Shown in pieces: positions 23,545-34,835 of a stretch of 64,000 nt of DNA (position 1 is its first letter; each line of letters starts with the position of its first letter). The position numbers and the translations under genes are program-made. This stretch comes from Macrostomum lignano. Taxonomy: Eukaryota. Under the pieces are notes generated by a model. That model made no database searches. It saw only the letters and a program-made list of their open reading frames with translations, and had not been told where the DNA came from. Where the stretch lies: assembly GCA_002269645.1 (NCBI GenBank), contig NIVC01002911.1, positions 1 to 64,000 of the forward strand, written 5' to 3'.

Positions 23545-25293
23545 AGAAAAGCTCGGCTTTTTGGCGGTTGGTAACAGCCTTTTTGGCCGCAGATAGCTCG
23601 GTAGCCGGCTTAGAGAAAATGGCCGCCGGGCGGGCAGATTCTAGGCGACCATCATATTGCTTGATAAGTCTCCACAGCGAATCCTCCGGTCCAAGCGAGG
23701 CGACTGAGTCATGGAATTGTTGGCGTCTTTCCTCTCTAATGATGGTGGCAGCGGCGGCCTTAGCATCGGCAAGGGCCGCGACAGCATCGGCGTCTTCGGG
23801 GTCGCCATGGCAACCAGCCGGGCCGCTTCTCTACTGTCGGCCGCCTCCTGGCAACGCTCGTTCCAGAAAGGGGGCCTGATGCGCTTACCGTTTCCAAAGG
23901 GGATAGAGGCTCTAGCGGCCCGGGTGATCAGATCGGTGAGGTTAGAGTTCGCCTTGTCGATGGAGAGCTGGTCACTCGCCGGGAGCCCAGCCAGAGACTT
24001 GTCAATGTGGCGGCGATAGGAGCCCCAGTCAGCTTTCTTAAAATTGTACCGGCTCTTCCCCGCTTTTTGGAAAGGAGTGGCTCTCTGCAGTAACGTGATC
24101 CAGATGGGCAGATGATCGGACCCAATGCTCGGGCCCGTGGACCAGGTCACCTTGCGGGAGAGATCACTCGTAGCGAAAGTAATATCGGGGAAGGATTTTC
24201 CTCCGGTGGCCGGGTTAATGCGGGTACAGCTGCCGTCATTGAGGATGTCAAGGTTCAGGCGGGTGCACCATTCTTCGAGTTTGCGTCCCAGCGAGTCTTC
24301 GCGTTGGAAGGGATCCCATGCGTTGCTGTGGGCGTTGAAATCTCCGGCAACCATCGTGTGTCTACCGACGCTAACTGCCTCTGGATTGAAGGCCGATTCC
24401 GCACTCCCGTCGCGGAGGGCGCGGGTAGCCGGTGGGACGTAGACATTAACGAGCGTAATCGGTTGACTGTTCTCCGGGAAGATGGTAATAGCGCTGCAGA
24501 AGGTCAGGTCGTCCCCCTGTTTTTGATAGGGAGATGGGAGCACTTGGAACGGGATATCATCCCGGATGAGCGTAAGAATCCCGCCTTGGTTCGGTTGGCC
24601 GGTCACTCTTCCGTCGCTCCGAAAATCAATGCGGCCGGCGAAATTGTAGTTAGTAAAACGCGGAGGGCGGGAGTCCTGGCGGAGGAAGGTTTCTTGTAGC
24701 AGGGCTGCGTGGGGTTTCTCCCGGTCCAGGACAACGGCCAGCTCAGTGGTTCTAGCTCCGATACCGTTACAGTTAAGTTGGAGAACGACGATTCCCTTAA
24801 GGGCTGGCTGGAGGGCTTCGGATTTCGGTTTGTCTTGTGGTTTGGTGGTGGCGGTCAATTCAGTAACTCGTTTTCGCCGGTCCGTCTGCGTCAGGTTAGT
24901 CGCTGGTGGCTGCTTGGTAGCGTCATTCGGGCAGTTGCGGTTAGCTGAAGTTTCATCTTTTGGCGTTTTGTCAGCAGTCGCCGGGGCCGCAGGCTTCGTA
25001 CAGGCCACACAGACCCAGCCGCCGTTCTGCTTGGCAAGTTGGTAGATCTGGTTCTTAGAGAGACGAGCACAATTGCCGTGGGTCCAGACGAGGCAGCTGC
25101 GGCACTGCACCGCAGAGAAACTGCCCACGTTGCGTCCGCAGGAGCCACACGGCCAGGACGGGCCTGGATTTGTTTCGACGTCCCCCGCTCGCAGGATAAG
25201 GCGATCGGAGGCCAGGCAAAGAAAAGCGCAAATAAGAAACACCGTGCTGATGGGCGAGGACAGCCCCCCGAGACGGCCGGTAGAGCGGGCCAT
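23545..25293 (-). CDS. Outer LINE ORF, 5' half: hydrophobic leader + 2A + PHD + APE endonuclease (one -1 frameshift at ~23808)
   Basis: ATG at 25293 (MARSTG...). After the APE domain, adding one C (GCC CAT GGC) gives ...HGDPEDADAVAALADAK...LWRLIK...QKAELF up to the TSD. Confidence 0.85.
25159..25182 (-). other. 2A-like StopGo ribosome-skipping motif DVETNPG|P
   Basis: LILRAGDVETNPGP matches the D(V/I)ExNPGP consensus, with the typical upstream LL.L.G context. Confidence 0.88.
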
Positions 25294-27105
25294 GGGTGAC
25301 TGTCTTTTGCTACTCGGGTGGGTGTGGCCGGAACAATTGGCCCGAGGGTTTACCTCGGGACACAGCCCCCGCGTGAAGGGTGTTCCGTTGGCATGCTTCT
25401 CCTCCTCCTTCTCCTCCTCCTCCTTCTTCTTCTCCTCCTTCTCCTCCTCCTTCTTCATGTACCCAATTCTTCTTTACAAATTAATTTTTCACTTACAGAA
25501 ACACATCCAACTAAATTTATGACTACACGACACTAGGGGAGCTTGTCGGGAAATGCTCCCCGGTGAATTGGATCGGGACCGTGGGGAGGGAAAATATTTT
25601 AAAAAAGCAGTCGTAACATAATTTTTGCCATTTAAATCAGAAAATGATCATTCACAGAAAGCTGATTGAAACTCTGTTTGAAATAATGCAGTTAATGCAG
25701 TAAAACAGCATAAGCACAGGTTAGATAATTTTTTCAATAGGAGTCTTCAAATTTACTGCGCACTCTCAAAGGTGGCGACTTCTTAATGTTGATGAGTATA
25801 CATGTATTTTGATGAGGAGCAAACATAGATGTTGTCATCATAAAACACAGCTGCGAAGTCGAACTTATAACGTAGTTATAAGTATGCAGTTCAGCTTCAT
25901 TGTGCATTGAGAGACTGATTGTTAGCGAGATCGATCATAGGGGCTAGATAAAACTCGGAATCAGCTTGGATCTTCGAATAGCGTAGATCTGCACTACCAG
26001 AGCACCGCCGTCTCTGCGCTGCATATTGCTAGCTTAGAGGAAATTTCTTGCAGCATTCGAATCGAATTTATCGAGGAGACAAGGCAAAGCGCGCATCAAT
26101 ATTTCTCCATCAAAATGAGACAGCTCTCTGTAATCCCGCCCAGCCCCCGTCTACCACAAGTGCCACAAAACAGTCTGAGTTAGCGCTGAATCTGCATATT
26201 ACGCGCGAAATATTCGCATTTAATTACGAGTAAGGCTATAGCATGATGTAAACACTGTACTTTTAACAAGTGCATGGCTCTACACAGTAGTGCAATCGGA
26301 TTACCGACTATACAACTTGTCCGGTGCCTCTTTGAAAACCTCTTTTGACGATTTATAATACGAACTAAAGGGAGTCAAATAACAATAGCATTAGCAATCG
26401 GGCCTGCTCGAGGTTTGTGTCTCTTCTCTCTAATCTCTCCTCCCTCCCATCTCCTTTCAACTCTCTTCTCTATTCCCTCTCGTCTAGACCGCAGTCATGC
26501 GCTAAGGTTCTCTACAGATTCTACAGTATATCTGGTCTTTAGGTTGAAAAGGCTAGCTAGCATGGTTCCATCGCATCCGCTATCCTATAGAACTGTTTAG
26601 CCATACAAGCAGGACTGAAGCCGCGTACAAGCGAACAGAGAAATGAACAAATAAATGCAGCTGGGCAAACCAGCAGGAAGTAGGGAGAGGGGATTAGTAG
26701 TAGAAGGGAAAGACAAGTTAGAAACTACAAGTTCCCTGCTTCATCTCTGCAGCAGAGAGACGACAAGGCTATAGAAGTGGAAACAAAGGGAACTATGCAG
26801 ACTGATAGAATTATCTGCTACAACTTGGATACACAAGACAGAGTTTTTCGTAGAGGCTCATATAGCACTTAAACAATAAGCCTTTTGAGGCAAGTCGAGC
26901 GGAGCGGGAGAAACAGACGGCGGGCTAATTCCCTTCGCCCACTGTTTGTCAATGACACGTTAACTGAGCAAACTCAAGCGGCGAAAGTGGAGAGCCTAAT
27001 AGACGTCGGTGAGAGAAAATTGCCTCAATCAGTCCGTCGAGCTAAAATTACCCACTCGACTCATAGTCTTGGCAATTATGAATATAGCTCGTACTAATAC
27101 TAAGG

Positions 27106-27276
27106 CAGGGGTGAACCAAGAAGATTTTTGAGAGGGGGCAAGCTATACGAAGCAACTACAACCCAATATTAGAAAATCGACATGCAAAGTTACAGGCAAA
27201 AGGTATGGCTGAAATGATTTTGGCCACGGCAAAGGGGGGAGGCATGGCCCGTTTGGGCCCCCTAGGTCCGCCACTG
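27106..27276. mobile_element. Short hAT-like MITE
   Basis: Ends CAGGGGTGAACC ... GGTCCGCCACTG (12-bp TIR with 3 mismatches). The 8-bp flanks TACTAAGG and TACCAATT match only partly. Confidence 0.5.
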
Positions 27277-27354
27277 TACCAATTCTACACACAAATATAG
27301 TCTAGACAACAGAAAAGCCGTTATTGTTAATTATTAATATCAATAAGGGATCTG

Positions 27355-27862
27355 AAAGGCAAGCCCAGCAAATGAGTATCTGGAAGACGGGCGGGCCTAT
27401 CAACTGCGGATCTGGGAGGCTGGCCCAGCAACTGAGGATCTGGGAGGCTGGCCCAGCAACTGAGGATCTGAGAGGCTGGCCCAGCAACTGACACTCTGGG
27501 AGGCTGGCCCAGCAACTGACACTCTGGAGGCTGGCCCAGCAACTGACACTCTGGGAGGCTGGCCCAGCAACTGACACTCTGGGAGGCTGGCCCAGCAACT
27601 GACACTCTGGGAGGCTGGCCCAGCAACTGACACTCTGGGAGGCTGGCCCAGCAACTGAGTATCTGGAAGGCTGGCCCAGCAACTGAGGATCTGAGAGGCT
27701 GGTCCAGCAACTGACACTCTGGAAGGCTGGCCCAGCAACTGAGTATCTGAGAGGCTGGCCCAGCAACTGAGTATCTGAGAGGCTGGCCCAGCAACTGAGT
27801 ATCTGAGAGGCTGGTCCAGCAACTGAGGATCTGGGAGGCTGGCCCAGCAAATGAGTATCTGA
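27355..27862. repeat. 28-bp minisatellite of the GGCTGGCCCAGCAACT family (copy 1)
   Basis: Unit GGCTGGCCCAGCAACTGACACTCTGGGA. Same family as 40025-40510 and (reverse complement) 58612-59850. Confidence 0.93.
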
Positions 27863-28324
27863 GAGGGTGGCGGTAGTGTTGGCTGATTTGGAATGAGCAG
27901 CTCACAAATATAAGAAGGGATCTGCAACACCGACACCTGCCATACCTGTGTGTTGTCACTATTTTAATATTCAATGTCGCGAGTTCCTAATGCAGCTGGA
28001 ACTCTTTAGCAAAAGCGACTGGGATGTTCGCGCTATATTTAGATTATTTTTATTAATTTTTGCAACAGCCAAAGCAGACAAACTACATTAAATACCAGTA
28101 TAAAGGAGCTGAACAAGAACAAAATATGGCAAAAAGAACGTGATGTACATATTTTACCTTATTGTGATTATAACGTTGACATTATTAGCTAACCAAACCG
28201 GTTTTATAGACAAATGTTTGCCACTACTTTAATATTACACAATAGTTATTCATAGGTCTTGCATCTATCCAACATTGAAAAGTATGAGTCAATGAGAATA
28301 ACAACGCTTTAGCCAACATGTCTC

Positions 28325-28545
28325 GACGCATAGCAACGCCCTAGCAACGCTATAAGCTAGGCGCATAGCAACACCCTAGCAACAGTATAAGCTAGGCGCA
28401 TAGCAACGTCCTAGCAGCGTTATAAGCTAGGCGCATAGCAACTCCTTAGCAACAGTATAAGCTAGACGCATAGCAACTCCCTAGCAACAGTATAAGATAG
28501 ATTCATAGCAACTCCCTAGCAACAACGTATTCAGGCGCATAGAAC
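28325..28545. repeat. Minisatellite, ~35-bp unit, ~5-6 copies, just downstream of the symplekin stop codon
   Basis: Unit TAGCAACAGTATAAGCTAGGCGCATAGCAACACCC. Confidence 0.85.
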
Positions 28546-28619
28546 ACATAGTTAATCCATAAAATGCAAGCGTTGCTCGAATGTCTTGAATCGCCAGTGC
28601 GTGGGAAGACTGGCGCACA

Positions 28620-29320
28620 CTAATTGGCCTTCAGCCGTTCGCGATCGGCGGCCAGTTTGTCCGAACTCGACGGCGCCGCCGATCCGGCCACCTCAATGTG
28701 AGCCAGCTGCTGCTGCGGCGCCAATAGCGCCAAGACAGCTGGCGCCAAAGTGGCTCGCTGTTGCGGCGCCAAATTAGCGGCATGACGCGACAACGCCTGG
28801 CGCAGCTCTGGCAAAATTCGAAACGCATCGGCCAGCCGATCAGCTGGCAGACAGGTGAGCAGAACTCCGTAGCCGGCCGGTTTTAAACGGGCGCAACAGC
28901 GAACGAAGCCTTCCCAGAGAGCCGGAGAGTCCCGCAGCACGGACGGATGGCTGGCCAGGCTGGGCAGCAGAGACAGCACCAGCTGTGCCAGCCGGGGGTA
29001 CATGGAGTGCGCCTGCATCATGCTCCGGAATAGCAGAGTTGGCAGCCGGCTATTGGACGGGTTGGCGAGCCGTTTCAGCGCCGAGGCCAGCGACTCCAGG
29101 GTGAGCGCCGGCGAGGTCGAAGCGAAGATCTGCTGACTGGCCTGGAGGCACTGGCGAAGCTGCACTGGTGGCGAGAACTCGGCCTCGTGCACGGCAACTA
29201 GAAGATCTTCGGGCGGCAGCGGGCCATCGGCTAGGAGGCGTTGAAGTCCCAGGCGGGCCAGCTTGTCTGGGGCGGCCAGTACCCGAGGCAGGGCGGCCAG
29301 GATCTCGTCGTTGGTCATGC
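28620..29320 (-). CDS. SYMPK: Symplekin exon 6 (last coding exon)
   Basis: Acceptor TGCAG|GC ATG. GMTNDEILAALPRVL...LPTLLFRSMMQA..YPRL...WEGFVRC matches the symplekin C-terminal domain. TAG at 28622-28620. Confidence 0.9.
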
Positions 29321-29344
29321 CTGCATGATAGGGGGATTTTACTA

Positions 29345-29910
29345 GCTAATTATGAGCGCTTTATGACTGCTTTATGACTAGAATATGACTACTGACTGGA
29401 ATGCTACTGCTTTATGAATAGAATGACTGTTATATGACCAGAAAATGACTGCTATATGACTAGAATACGACAGCTAAATGAGGACTAGAAAACGACCGCT
29501 TTATGACTAGAATATGACCGCCCTGACTATAAAATGACCGCCTTATGACCAGAATATGATGGCTTTATGACTAGAATATGACTGCTATATGACTATAATA
29601 CTATAATGACCTACTCATGACTAGAATAGGAGTGCCTTATGACTAGAATGACTTATTCATGACTAGAATAGGAGTGCCTTATGACTAGAATGACTTATTC
29701 ATGACTAGAATAGGAGTGCCTTATGACTAGAATGACTTACTCATGACTAGAATACGAGTGCCTTATGACTAGAATGACTTATTCATGACTAGAATAGGAG
29801 TGCCTTATGACTAGAATGACTTACTCATGACTAGAATACGAGTGCCTTATGACTAGAATGACTTACTCATGACTAGAATACGAGTGCCTTATGACTAGAA
29901 TATGACTGAT
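29345..29910. repeat. Minisatellite (ATGACTAGAAT core, 42-bp unit in its homogeneous part), symplekin intron 5
   Basis: Unit ATGACTAGAATAGGAGTGCCTTATGACTAGAATGACTTATTC. Confidence 0.9.
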
Positions 29911-30469
29911 TAAAAAGGAATCCACGAGTAAAATACGATATTGAATGCTGATTTTAAGCAACACATAAAAGACCCATCCGACTAAAAACCTCTTTATGAA
30001 AAAGCACAACGGAATAAATAAACGAAAACTTTCGGCTCAATCTTGATAAGCTGAACTAAAAAAAGTAAAACTTTTCTAAGCCAAGTGTAGTTTCTCAACT
30101 TCGATTTTTTGTGTTCTCTGAAATCTTGAGCTCGCTTAGAGCTTTGGCACACACAAGTTAATTTGCTACATGTACTAGAGAAGTAAGTAGAAAAGAATAC
30201 AATTGGCTTTTGGATTAGTCTTTGAAAATAAGATTTACACTGAACTTGAAACGACACGGGGGTTCATCCCATATTTTCCAGTCTAATTAGCTAATCAGGT
30301 TTTGAATCTTTTAAGGTAAGAATACTGAGCCTCAGAAGGAAGCAGACTAAAAGCCACGATTCGTTGATCATTAAATATGCAAATAGGTTAGCCTCCGAAG
30401 ATGGTTAGGATATAGATGGTTCCTAAGGCTATTTTTAGTATAGTTTATTACAGGGTAATTCTTGATAGT

Positions 30470-30915
30470 TGCTAGTGCTATTTACAAAACGGTTGCTAGG
30501 GCTATTTTTAGCATGGTTGCTAAGGATATTTAAAGGATGGTTGCTAAGGTGATTTTTAGTGGTTGCTAGGGCAATTTTTAAGATGGTTGCTAAGGTGATT
30601 TTTAGGATGGTTGCTAGGGCGATTTTCAAGATGTTCGCTAGAGCGATTTTAAAGATGGTTGCTAAGGTGACTTTTTGGATGGTTGCTAAACTGATTTTAA
30701 GATGGTTGCCAAGGAGATTTTAAGGGTGGTTGCTAAGGCTATTTCAGGATGGTTTTAGGGCGATTTTTAGGATGCTTGCTAGGGCGATTTTCAAGATGGT
30801 TGCTAAGGCGATTCTAAAAAGGATTCTAAGGTGATTTTTAGAATTGTTGCTAAGGCGATTCTCAAGACGTTCGTTGGTAAGGCGATTTTAAAGGTGGTTG
30901 CTAAGGTGATGTGGT
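30470..30915. repeat. Degenerate ~24-bp minisatellite, symplekin intron 5
   Basis: Recurrent GGTTGCTAAGGCGATTTTTAAGAT. Confidence 0.85.
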
Positions 30916-30971
30916 TGCTATTGTACGCTCGTAATAATTAAATAAACTAGCAAATAATCCTGACTGCTCAC

Positions 30972-31338
30972 CTGGCAGCACGGCAACCAGCAGGCGGGCG
31001 TCGCCACCGCCTCGACTACGCGACTGCCTGACGGCGTCGACCAGGCCGGGGTCGGGCCGGCCGCTCGAAGCCAGCAGCTGCACCAGGCGGACCAGCATCG
31101 GCTCGGCACCGTCGGGACAGTCGCCGCGCACCAGCCTGAGCAGCTCCGGCGACGCCTGGCCAACGCTGGCCGCCGGGCCTTCCAACAGGCGCAGCAGCAG
31201 GCGCTTCGATTGCGGCTCTTTTAGTCGAGCGAAGGCTGAGGCCAGCTGGCGGAGCAGGCTGTGCTCCAGCGGCAGCAGGCCCACGGCCAGGTGCAGGCAG
31301 CTGGCTCGGGCGTCGTCTGTCCATACGACCGAGGGAGC
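30972..31338 (-). CDS. SYMPK: Symplekin exon 5
   Basis: TGCAG|GCT ... CCA G|GTGAG. APSVVWTDDARASCLHL...SPELLRLV..CPDGAEPM...DARLLVAVLP aligns with human WTEETVKQCLYL...SPELLLLVENCPKGAE...DVRFLIPVL. Confidence 0.9.
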
Positions 31339-31451
31339 CTGCATATCAAGTCGGGGTGGAACATTTCCTTGAGATTTAGTATATGGAATTATTAAATAAT
31401 GAGAAAAACAAATATTATATATTTCACTTTAACTCGGCATTCTTGGTTAGA

Positions 31452-32100
31452 AAGTGGCACATCTGGGATTAGGAAGTGGCACATTAGGATTAGGAAGCGG
31501 CACATTGGGATTAGGAAGTCGTACATTAGGATTAGGAACTGGCCCATTAGGATTAGGAACTGGCCCATTAGGATTGAGAAGCGGCACATCAGAATTAGGA
31601 AGCGGCACATTGGAATTAGGAAGCGGCACATTGGAATTAGGAAGCGGCACATTGGAATTAGGAAGCGGCACATTGCAATTAGGAAGCGGCACAATTGGAA
31701 TTAGGAAGCGGCACATTGGAATTAGGAAGCGGCACAATTGGAATTAGGAAGTGGCACATTGGAATTAGGAAGCGGCACATTGGAATTAGGAAGCGGCACA
31801 ATTGGAATTAGGAAGCGGCACAATTGGAATTAGGAAGCGGCACATAGGGATTAGGAAGTGGTACATTGGAATTAGGAAGCGGCACATTGGAATTAGGAAG
31901 CGGCACATTGCAATTAGGAAGCGGCACAATTGGAATTAGGAAGCGGCACATTGGAATTAGGAAGCGGCACAATTGGAATTAGGAAGTGGCACATTGGAAT
32001 TAGGAAGCGGCACATTGGAATTAGGAAGCGGCACAATTGGAATTAGGAAGCGGCACAATTGGAATTAGGAAGCGGCACATAGGGATTTGGAAGTGGTACA
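31452..32100. repeat. Minisatellite, 21/22-bp unit, ~30 copies, symplekin intron 4
   Basis: Unit GGAATTAGGAAGCGGCACATT. Confidence 0.95.
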
Positions 32101-32152
32101 AACGATTTTTAAACGGCCTGTCAAATTCTAAGAATCAATCAATCAGCCAGAC

Positions 32153-32702
32153 CTGTCCGGGCAAACAAAACAGCTCGGCAGGCGGTGGCACCGTGGCCGC
32201 TGCCTCCTCAGCTGCAGCATCCTTGCCGCCGACATCGTCGACTCCATCGACGCTTCCAGCGCCAGCGGAGCCGCCGAACGCCGTCACCAGCAGTTCCAAG
32301 CGTTGCAAAGCGAAGTCTCGTATCTCATCGTGCCTATCGTCGATGTACAGCTCCTTGACGATGTCGAGAGCCGGCGCGCGAAGGTCGGGCCGCTCGCCGC
32401 AGGCGGCAAACTGAAGCAGAGCGATGAGGAACCTGGGCTGCGGACGGCTTAGAGCCAGATCGCGCAACAGCTTCAAGCCCTGATCCGGCTGCCGCATGCA
32501 GTGAGTTCGCAGCTGTTCGAACGCCGAGTCGGTTACTAGGGGCGCTTCGGCCAGCAGCTTGGCAAAGTATAGCTCTTTGCTAGTTGGCAGCAATTGCAGA
32601 CTGTTGCACAGGCTGCTCATTAATCTATCGTAGGACTCGTACGAGCCGAGCTTTACAGCGCTGCTACCGTCTGACGGCTGGGCAACCGTGTAGCCAAGGT
32701 AC
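32153..32702 (-). CDS. SYMPK: Symplekin exon 4
   Basis: CGCAG|G TAC ... GGA CAG|GTCTGG. Contains KELYFAKLLAEAPLVT. Phases are consistent with the neighbouring exons. Confidence 0.88.
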
Positions 32703-32811
32703 CTGCGACAGGTGGGAATTAGCGTACCGTTAGTTGCTATGGAGCTGTATGATTTATGATGGCCAGCTAAAATCCGACATATCGACTAACGGAGAGTTTT
32801 GATATCTCTGA

Positions 32812-33405
32812 TACACGAGACTCACAGTACAGATGTCAGCTGACAGTCTCACCTGAAACACGGGACTGTCAGTACAGATGTCAGCTGACAGTCTCACCTG
32901 AAACACGGGACTGTCAGTACAGATGTCAGCTGACAGTCTCACCTGAAACACGGGACTGTCAGTACAGATGTCAGCTGACAGTCTCACCTGAAACACGGGA
33001 CTGTCAGTACAGATGTCAGCTGACAGTCTTACCTGAAACACGGGACTGTCAGTACAGATGTCAGCTGACAGTCTCACCTGAAACACGGGACTGTCAGTAC
33101 AGGTGTCAGCTGACAGTCTCACCTGAAACACGGGACTGTCAGTACAGATGTCAGCTGACAGTCTCACCTGAAACACGGGACTGTCAGTACAGGTGTCAGC
33201 TGACAGTCTCACCTGAAACACGGGACTGTCAGTACATATGTCAGCTGACAGTCTCACCTGAAACACGGGACTGTCATTACAGGTGTCAGCTGACAGTCTC
33301 ACCTGAAACACGGGACTGTCAGTACAGATGTCAGCTGACAGTCTCACCTGAAACACGGGACTGTCAGTACAGATGTCAGCTGACAGTCCTATCTGACACA
33401 CTGAG
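32812..33405. repeat. Minisatellite, 45-bp unit, 13 copies, symplekin intron 3
   Basis: Unit CAGTACAGATGTCAGCTGACAGTCTCACCTGAAACACGGGACTGT, containing the palindrome TGTCAGCTGACA. Confidence 0.95.
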
Positions 33406-34104
33406 ACTGATGGAGCCAAGGCACATAGAATACCACGACAAGCTCAAAAGATTTAAGCAAAGCTACACAGCTCAGATAACAATAAACATCTTAAGATCCA
33501 AACACAATGGTAAGTTGACTACTGATGTCCAGGACAGACAATCGGGGAAAATAAATGCCACGACTAGAGAGGATTAACCACGCGGATTATATTCCCGGGA
33601 CTCAAAGGGGTTTCTTAAAGCATCAGAATCCCCTGCTGAGCCTCTGACCAGCTTGAGATGAGCTGTTTTTAGACATACCGTTACTACAGGTACCCTTAGT
33701 GTATTTGCCTTGATTTGGCTAACAAATTTCGTACAATCACACACCTGCCTGGCCTTAGGTTGTAACAGGTAGCGCGTGATCATTAATAATGTATATACTT
33801 GTAGGATAGAACAGCACCTTTTTATTTCACGCAGATGGCACAAGTTCAGGAAGGCATGTAATTAGTCAGTAGTGATGATGCTAAGTCATAATTAGCGATG
33901 AGATATGTAGATAAACACGAAGACTACATTGCCTACATTTTTGCATCCATTCTTTTGCTTAACGCAAAAGTTTTCAAGTTAAAGAAAATGCTCGGCTAAA
34001 TGGGAGCAGTTTTAATAACCCCACACCCATTAGGCTGAGAGCGAGCTTTAAAATGACACATGAAGAGCTGACTTAATGAACCATGAGGTCTGGCCTATGA
34101 CCTC

Positions 34105-34775
34105 TGAGAGCTAGCTTAACGAGTTAATGACCCATGGCAAGCTTAATGACCCATAGAGAGCTTTTACGACCCATAGAGAGCTTTTATGACCCATGGCAAG
34201 CTTAATGACCCATAGAGAGCTTTTATGACCCATGGCAAGCTTAATGACCCATGGAGAGCTTTTATGACCCATGGCAAGCTTAATGACCCATGGAGAGCTC
34301 AATGACACTTAAAGAGCTTGTATGACCCATGGAGAGCTTAATGACCCATAGAGAGCTTAATGACCCATGGAGAGCTAATGACCTATGAAGAGACTATAAT
34401 GACCCATGGAGCTCAATGACCATGGAAAGCTAGTATGACCCATGGCAAGCTTAATGACCCATGGAGAGCTTGCATGACCCATGGCAAGCTTAATGACCCA
34501 TGGAGAGCTTGCATGACCATGGCAAGCTTAATGACCCATAGAGAGCTTTTATGACCCATGGCAAGCTTAATGACCCATGGAGAGCTTTTATGACCCATGG
34601 CAAGCTTAATGACCCATGGAGAGCTCAATGACACTTAAAGAGCTTGTATGACCCATGGAGAGCTCAATGACCCATGGAGAGCTTGCATGACCCATGGAGA
34701 GCTTGCATGACCCATGGAGAGCTTGCATGACCCATGGAGAGCTCAATGACCCATGGAAGTCTTAATGCCCCTTGC
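34105..34775. repeat. Minisatellite, ~20-bp unit, symplekin intron 3
   Basis: Recurrent ATGACCCATGG(AG/CA)AGCTT. Confidence 0.92.
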
Positions 34776-34835
34776 AGAGCTTAACGACAGACGAGAAGCT
34801 TAATAATGGAAAACGATGCCGCCGCTAAAACTCAC

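Larger units (their letters stand above)
17467..25395 (-). mobile_element. Outer non-LTR retrotransposon, I-group/Ingi-like, single ORF (2A-PHD-APE-RT-RNase H-Cys/His), interrupted by a nested LINE
   Basis: The 5' half has DVETNPGP, a C4HC3 PHD finger and APE motifs (QLNCNG, LQET, GDFNAH, PDIT, SDHLP). The 3' half has RT (LPQGS, LFADD), RNase H (WTDGS, AELVAI, CTDS, WVPGH..GNEAAD) and CxxC..H..C. Removing the inner element plus one TSD joins ...QKAELF|CADYATV... in frame. Confidence 0.92.

Noticed and set aside
17753-23596. Long plus-strand ORFs (17753-18916, 20681-21604, 20974-22470, 22516-23574)
   Set aside because: Antisense shadows of GC-rich LINE coding sequence, with no recognisable motifs.
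25294-25458. MKKEEEK... N-terminal extension of the 605-aa ORF
   Set aside because: The ATG lies in the flanking microsatellite outside the element; ATG 25293 is the more plausible start.
25531-25565. Hairpin GGGGAGC/GCTCCCC next to CTAG as a Helitron 3' end
   Set aside because: The hairpin overlaps the CTAG instead of lying ~10 nt upstream, and no 5' end was found.
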